Assembly: GCA_000004985.1 (NCBI GenBank) | Contig: GG739222.1 | Strand: one strand, 5' to 3' | DNA length: 3,488 bases | Origin: Naegleria gruberi | Lineage: Eukaryota | Shown here: positions 1 through 3,488 of the stretch, piece after piece | Layout: every line of letters starts with the position of its first letter | How positions within the stretch are numbered: the first letter of the stretch is position 1 | Position numbers and translations under genes: made by a program | The notes under the pieces: model-generated | The model's database searches: none | What the model saw: only the letters and a program-made list of their open reading frames with translations | What the model was told of the DNA's origin: nothing

Positions 1-89
1 CTCCAACCTCAGTACTGATGTGGCTCGACGATGCTTAACTTCTCAAATCGGACGGGATGAGGTGCATGAATCGTGATATGGCAGTAGCC
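1..89 (-). rRNA. 5S ribosomal RNA gene, 5' 89 nt (the remaining ~30 nt of the 3' end lie beyond the window start)
   Basis: Reverse complement of 1..89 is GGCTACTGCCATATCACGATTCATGCACCTCATCCCGTCCGATTTGAGAAGTTAAGCATCGTCGAGCCACATCAGTACTGAGGTTGGAG. It aligns position-for-position with eukaryotic 5S rRNA (S. cerevisiae GGTTGCGGCCATATCTACCAGAAAGCACCGTTTCCCGTCCGATCAACTGTAGTTAAGCTGGTAAGAGCC...): the GCCATA(T)C, GCACC, TCCCGTCCGAT, AGTTAAGC, GAGCC and AGTACTG/loop-E blocks are all present. The helix II arms are changed in a compensatory way (ACGAT ... ATCGT instead of TACCAG ... CTGGTA), which argues for a functional copy. Local GC content is far higher than the surrounding DNA. Confidence 0.85.
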
Positions 90-109
90 ATTCAATACCT
101 TAATTTGTG

Positions 110-120
110 AAATATAAAAC
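110..120 (-). promoter_or_regulatory. TATA-like element (minus strand TTTTATATTT) about 22-31 bp upstream of the 5S 5' end
   Basis: Minus-strand sequence upstream of the 5S start reads gTTTTATATTtcacaaattaaggtattgaat|GGCTAC. Upstream TATA boxes at about -30 are known for Pol III genes in several fungi (e.g. S. pombe). I call this on position and sequence only. Confidence 0.3.
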
Positions 121-614
121 GATTTAAACCTCCTTTCTTATTAATTCCTTTCAATAATCACCAGAATTTAAATGCACTTGACTGATTTCACAACTATTCT
201 TTTACAAGAACAAGTCACGTTTTTCAACATAATGAACTAATTCCCTAATAAGTGCTGTCCCTTTTGTATTTTTTTATTCTTACAACCAGAATGCAATATT
301 CACAATATTTACATTCTAAAATACAACACTTGAAAAAAGGTCTCCAGTATTGAGTGCATCCTTAATTAATGACAAAAGAAGAGAATGAAAGAAAACTTGA
401 TAATTGAACAAAACCACATTTTCAGGAGGAGAGTTAAAAATCTATGATAAACGCATGTGATATTGAAGAAGAGCCTCTCAATTCAATAGTGCTCTGTTCA
501 ACTAAATTGAAGTGTTCATAGAAGTGATCAGATAAGGTTAAATTTAAGTTTTTCATTCTCTTCATGAATGGTTAATAGACCATTTTGAATATGTTTATTG
601 TAAAATGAAGTTTA

Positions 615-1108
615 TTAGTTGATAATAATTAAAATTACAAAAAAGGTCATTGTGAATAGATAACTCCAAATGGTGGCACATTGAGATGTTCTTGAAATAT
701 CCACATTAACTGATTTTGTATCTGAAAGTGTTTGATAATTTGCCTTTAGAGAGATTGAACTTGAAGTTGTGGCTGACAATTGAACAGAGAATGAAGCAAC
801 ACCACAAATCTTGACCACTACATGTTCCTTTACCACTACAAACAGAACTACTGGAAGGTGAAATACCATAACATGTGAATAGGGATTGAGTGACAGTCAC
901 AGTAAACTGAGCAGAAGTCAATGTAGGAGCAGGACCTAAAATGGAACTAATAGAAGCTCTGGTACAGCAGATGAAGTGAAAGAGATGGCATAGTTTCTTG
1001 GAACAACATTTCCATCAGTGTCTACAATTCTAACTTCAGGTGTAAACTTGGATCCAGCCACAACAAGAGAAGGAGCAATAATAACCAATTTTGAAGCGGA
1101 CTTGGAAC
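615..1108 (-). CDS. 3' portion of an unidentified protein-coding locus with a Ser/Thr/Cys-rich product and a hydrophobic C-terminal tail. The reading frame is interrupted twice: possible pseudogene or indel errors next to the scaffold gap.
   Basis: Three minus-strand frames are open in succession, while the plus strand has stops in all frames here. (a) 1106->939 reads SKSASKLVIIAPSLVVAGSKFTPEVRIVDTDGNVVPRNYAISFTSSAVPELLLVPF, with a TAG stop at 936..938. (b) 1014->709 reads ...ASISSILGPAPTLTSAQFTVTVTQSLFTCYGISPSSSSVCSGKGTCSGQDLWCC..., with a TAA stop at 706..708. (c) 896->618 reads ...GVASFSVQLSATTSSSISLKANYQTLSDTKSVNVDISRTSQCATIWSYLFTMTFFVILIIIN, with a TAA stop at 615..617. Codon usage on the minus strand is yeast-like (TTG, AGA, GTT, GCT, CCA, TCT). 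The frame a->b switch coincides with a T4 homopolymer (plus-strand AAAA at 937..940). GC content is higher than in the flanking intergenic DNA. I could not identify the protein family from memory. Confidence 0.35.
936..1108 (-). CDS. Best-supported open segment of the above locus (frame a), 56 codons ending at TAG 936..938. Its 5' continuation is lost in the gap.
   Basis: The translation SKSASKLVIIAPSLVVAGSKFTPEVRIVDTDGNVVPRNYAISFTSSAVPELLLVPF* has a non-repetitive, globular-looking composition and preferred yeast codons (gtt, gct, aga, cca, ttg, aag). The opposite strand over the same bases uses rare codons and hits stops within about 25 codons upstream. Confidence 0.4.
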
Positions 1109-2604
1109 NNNNNNNNNNNNNNNNNNNNNNNNNNNNNNNNNNNNNNNNNNNNNNNNNNNNNNNNNNNNNNNNNNNNNNNNNNNNNNNNNNNNNNNNNNNN
1201 NNNNNNNNNNNNNNNNNNNNNNNNNNNNNNNNNNNNNNNNNNNNNNNNNNNNNNNNNNNNNNNNNNNNNNNNNNNNNNNNNNNNNNNNNNNNNNNNNNNN
1301 NNNNNNNNNNNNNNNNNNNNNNNNNNNNNNNNNNNNNNNNNNNNNNNNNNNNNNNNNNNNNNNNNNNNNNNNNNNNNNNNNNNNNNNNNNNNNNNNNNNN
1401 NNNNNNNNNNNNNNNNNNNNNNNNNNNNNNNNNNNNNNNNNNNNNNNNNNNNNNNNNNNNNNNNNNNNNNNNNNNNNNNNNNNNNNNNNNNNNNNNNNNN
1501 NNNNNNNNNNNNNNNNNNNNNNNNNNNNNNNNNNNNNNNNNNNNNNNNNNNNNNNNNNNNNNNNNNNNNNNNNNNNNNNNNNNNNNNNNNNNNNNNNNNN
1601 NNNNNNNNNNNNNNNNNNNNNNNNNNNNNNNNNNNNNNNNNNNNNNNNNNNNNNNNNNNNNNNNNNNNNNNNNNNNNNNNNNNNNNNNNNNNNNNNNNNN
1701 NNNNNNNNNNNNNNNNNNNNNNNNNNNNNNNNNNNNNNNNNNNNNNNNNNNNNNNNNNNNNNNNNNNNNNNNNNNNNNNNNNNNNNNNNNNNNNNNNNNN
1801 NNNNNNNNNNNNNNNNNNNNNNNNNNNNNNNNNNNNNNNNNNNNNNNNNNNNNNNNNNNNNNNNNNNNNNNNNNNNNNNNNNNNNNNNNNNNNNNNNNNN
1901 NNNNNNNNNNNNNNNNNNNNNNNNNNNNNNNNNNNNNNNNNNNNNNNNNNNNNNNNNNNNNNNNNNNNNNNNNNNNNNNNNNNNNNNNNNNNNNNNNNNN
2001 NNNNNNNNNNNNNNNNNNNNNNNNNNNNNNNNNNNNNNNNNNNNNNNNNNNNNNNNNNNNNNNNNNNNNNNNNNNNNNNNNNNNNNNNNNNNNNNNNNNN
2101 NNNNNNNNNNNNNNNNNNNNNNNNNNNNNNNNNNNNNNNNNNNNNNNNNNNNNNNNNNNNNNNNNNNNNNNNNNNNNNNNNNNNNNNNNNNNNNNNNNNN
2201 NNNNNNNNNNNNNNNNNNNNNNNNNNNNNNNNNNNNNNNNNNNNNNNNNNNNNNNNNNNNNNNNNNNNNNNNNNNNNNNNNNNNNNNNNNNNNNNNNNNN
2301 NNNNNNNNNNNNNNNNNNNNNNNNNNNNNNNNNNNNNNNNNNNNNNNNNNNNNNNNNNNNNNNNNNNNNNNNNNNNNNNNNNNNNNNNNNNNNNNNNNNN
2401 NNNNNNNNNNNNNNNNNNNNNNNNNNNNNNNNNNNNNNNNNNNNNNNNNNNNNNNNNNNNNNNNNNNNNNNNNNNNNNNNNNNNNNNNNNNNNNNNNNNN
2501 NNNNNNNNNNNNNNNNNNNNNNNNNNNNNNNNNNNNNNNNNNNNNNNNNNNNNNNNNNNNNNNNNNNNNNNNNNNNNNNNNNNNNNNNNNNNNNNNNNNN
2601 NNNN
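1109..2604. other. Assembly/scaffold gap (1496 N)
   Basis: Uninterrupted run of n from 1109 to 2604. Real sequence resumes at 2605 (ctctgg...). Confidence 0.99.
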
Positions 2605-2872
2605 CTCTGGATTCCTTATTTCTCAACTCAGAGCCATCACCATGGTAGGTGAATTCTCTTCCATAATGAGAGGATACACCTTCTTCAACAACATATCCCT
2701 TACCAGTAGTACCGAAAGTTTCAATTGCAAAGAATTCATTCTCTTCCATTTTGGTATTGTCTGGAGAAGCAACGATTGGAACTGATTTAGTTGAATGGAC
2801 ACGATATCTTTCGATTGAGTGTCCACACAAGTTTTCAATACTTTTAACTCTGTGAGTCTTTCCATTAATAGT
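2605..2872 (-). CDS. MAP2: Methionine aminopeptidase 2 (MetAP2, M24A), downstream exon. It is 3'-truncated by the gap; about 80 C-terminal codons are missing.
   Basis: The minus-strand translation from 2872 downward reads [89 protein letters not shown]... This matches yeast Map2 [61 protein letters not shown]...SHYAR and human METAP2 [34 protein letters not shown]...[11 protein letters not shown]. The catalytic His (GHSI) and Glu (AIETFG) metal ligands are present. The AG acceptor is at minus 2874-2873, immediately before codon ACT (2872-2870). The frame stays open into the N-run. Confidence 0.85.
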
Positions 2873-2936
2873 CTATTAGTATTAGTTCAACAAGCAATTA
2901 ACATTGTAAATATAAATGAATAAGAAAAATACATAC
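2873..2936 (-). other. MAP2: Spliceosomal intron of the MetAP2 gene, 64 nt, phase 0
   Basis: The minus-strand sequence is GTATGTatttttcttattcatttatatttacaatgttaattgcttgttgaACTAATactaatAG. It has a yeast-type GTATGT donor, an ACTAAT branch-like motif about 10 nt from the AG, and is very AT-rich. Removing it joins ...QEVMESYEV to TINGKT..., restoring colinearity with human and yeast MetAP2 ([11 protein letters not shown] / [11 protein letters not shown]). Read unspliced, the frame hits TAA at 2898..2900 after 12 nonsense codons (VCIFLIHLYLQC). Confidence 0.8.
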
Positions 2937-3473
2937 AACTTCATAAGATTCCATTACTTCTTGAATGGCAGCTCCAACATCTCCCAATCTAACATCAATG
3001 CCAGCTGTTCTGACACCCATGTTTGTTGCTTCCTTGACAGCATCCAACAATGGTTGATATTGATCATTCCAACACATGGTAAATGCAGAATCAATAATGG
3101 TTCCATTTACATGAGTTCCCAAATCAAACTTGATAACATCATCCTTTCCAATAACGGTTTCATCTCCACCATTTGGTGAATAATGAGCAGCAACATGATT
3201 GATGGAACAACCCAATGGAAAAGCAAGTCCACTCTTCTTCTTGTCAGCTTCCAACAATTCTCTAGCCTTTGCTTCATACATTTCAGCTGCATCAATAACC
3301 TTCATTCCAGGTTTAACAACTGAATCCTTGAACCATTTTCTGGCAGTTCTGTGAACCTCAGCTGCATGTCTTGCTTCCTTGAGACGTTCTTGCAACTTTT
3401 CATCTCTTTCTTCAGCACCAGGCTTCAACTCAGAAGGATGAATCTCTTGGTCTTGTAATCGTATTGTCCCAAT
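2937..3473 (-). CDS. MAP2: Methionine aminopeptidase 2 (MetAP2), upstream exon covering the start of the catalytic pita-bread domain. The 5' boundary is uncertain.
   Basis: Minus-strand translation: (IGTIRLQDQEIHPSE)[164 protein letters not shown]. This is colinear with human METAP2 ...[30 protein letters not shown]...[52 protein letters not shown]...[23 protein letters not shown]. Conserved residues include the fumagillin-reactive His (AAHY) and both Asp metal ligands (FDLGTH, IIDSAF). Homology is clear from about 3425 downward. The frame is open up to an in-frame TGA at 3474..3476, so the true exon start could be an acceptor between roughly 3440 and 3473, or the frame changes there. The 'M' shown at 3428 in the ORF track is a TTG (Leu), not an initiator. 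Confidence 0.85.
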
Positions 3474-3488
3474 TCACAGATTTCTCCC

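Noticed and set aside
90-200. Possible tRNA fused upstream of the 5S gene (Yarrowia-style tRNA-5S dicistron) or another small RNA in the AT-rich spacer
   Set aside because: The minus-strand sequence upstream of the 5S start shows no acceptor-stem/T-loop signature (no GTTCGAnTC-like box B) and no GC-rich cloverleaf-sized segment.
540-615. Pol II 3'-end/polyadenylation signals for the upstream locus (minus-strand acaATAAAcatattc just past the TAA at 615..617)
   Set aside because: AATAAA/TATATA-like strings occur by chance at high frequency in DNA that is about 70% AT. Position alone is not enough evidence, so I did not list it as a feature.
1018-2785. Plus-strand ORFs 1018..2652 (544 aa) and 1091..2785 (564 aa)
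   Set aside because: Almost all of their length is the N-run. The real-sequence flanks are short and use rare codons, the putative starts are GTG/TTG, and the opposite strand carries the convincingly homologous MetAP2 exon at 2605..2872.
2623-2865. Minus-strand ORF, 80 aa ([22 protein letters not shown]...)
   Set aside because: It overlaps the MetAP2 downstream exon in a different frame and reads through the intron's 3' splice site. It has no recognisable similarity and is a shadow ORF.
2916-3295. ORFs 2916..3179 (+, 87 aa) and 3107..3295 (-, 62 aa)
   Set aside because: Both lie inside the MetAP2 upstream exon on the wrong strand or frame. Their sequences are low-complexity (MNKKNTYNFIRFHYFLNGSS...), typical of antisense or off-frame ORFs in AT-rich coding DNA.
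2898-3428. Treating the 176-aa ORF as a complete protein starting at M(3428) and ending at 2898
   Set aside because: The 'start' is TTG (Leu) in a frame that stays open upstream. The last 12 residues (VCIFLIHLYLQC) are intron read-through. Homology to MetAP2 breaks exactly at a GTATGT and resumes after an AG 64 nt downstream.
2605-3428. Absence of in-frame CTG codons in the MetAP2 exons (every plus-strand CAG falls out of frame), as a hint of a CTG-clade (CUG=Ser) yeast
   Set aside because: Only about 13 Leu codons are visible. Under ordinary yeast bias one or two CTG would be expected, so zero is not significant.
1-3488. Prokaryotic-style novel system (defence island, CRISPR, toxin-antitoxin, mobile element)
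   Set aside because: The window is eukaryotic. It contains a spliceosomal intron, a nuclear-type 5S rRNA and a eukaryotic MetAP2 with yeast-like codon usage. There are no direct or inverted repeat arrays, transposase or integrase fragments, or operon-like gene packing.

Overview
This is a eukaryotic nuclear sequence, almost certainly fungal. It is AT-rich, has a short spliceosomal intron with a GTATGT donor and ACTAAT branch-like motif, and uses yeast-like codons (AGA, TTG, GGT, CCA, GCT, GTT). It is not a prokaryotic locus, and I see no defence island, CRISPR or operon.

- **1..89 (minus strand):** the 5' 89 nt of a 5S rRNA gene, running off the window start. A TATA-like element sits about 25 bp upstream.
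- **~120..600:** very AT-rich intergenic DNA.
- **615..1108 (minus strand):** the 3' part of an unidentified protein-coding locus. Three overlapping minus-strand frames are open, with yeast-like codons and Ser/Thr/Cys-rich products, while the plus strand is full of stops. It is probably one gene whose frame is broken twice, by sequencing errors next to the gap or because it is a pseudogene.
- **1109..2604:** a 1496-nt run of N, i.e. a scaffold gap.
- **2605..3488 (minus strand):** the central part of a methionine aminopeptidase 2 (MetAP2) gene. Two exons are separated by a 64-nt phase-0 intron at 2873..2936. The 3' end of the gene is lost in the gap and its 5' end lies beyond the window.

The two long plus-strand ORFs spanning the N-run, and several short ORFs overlapping the MetAP2 exons in other frames, are artefacts. 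Nothing here looks like a novel system. The points worth a second look are the dispersed 5S gene, the frame breaks in the unidentified locus, and a frame ambiguity at the 5' side of the MetAP2 exon.
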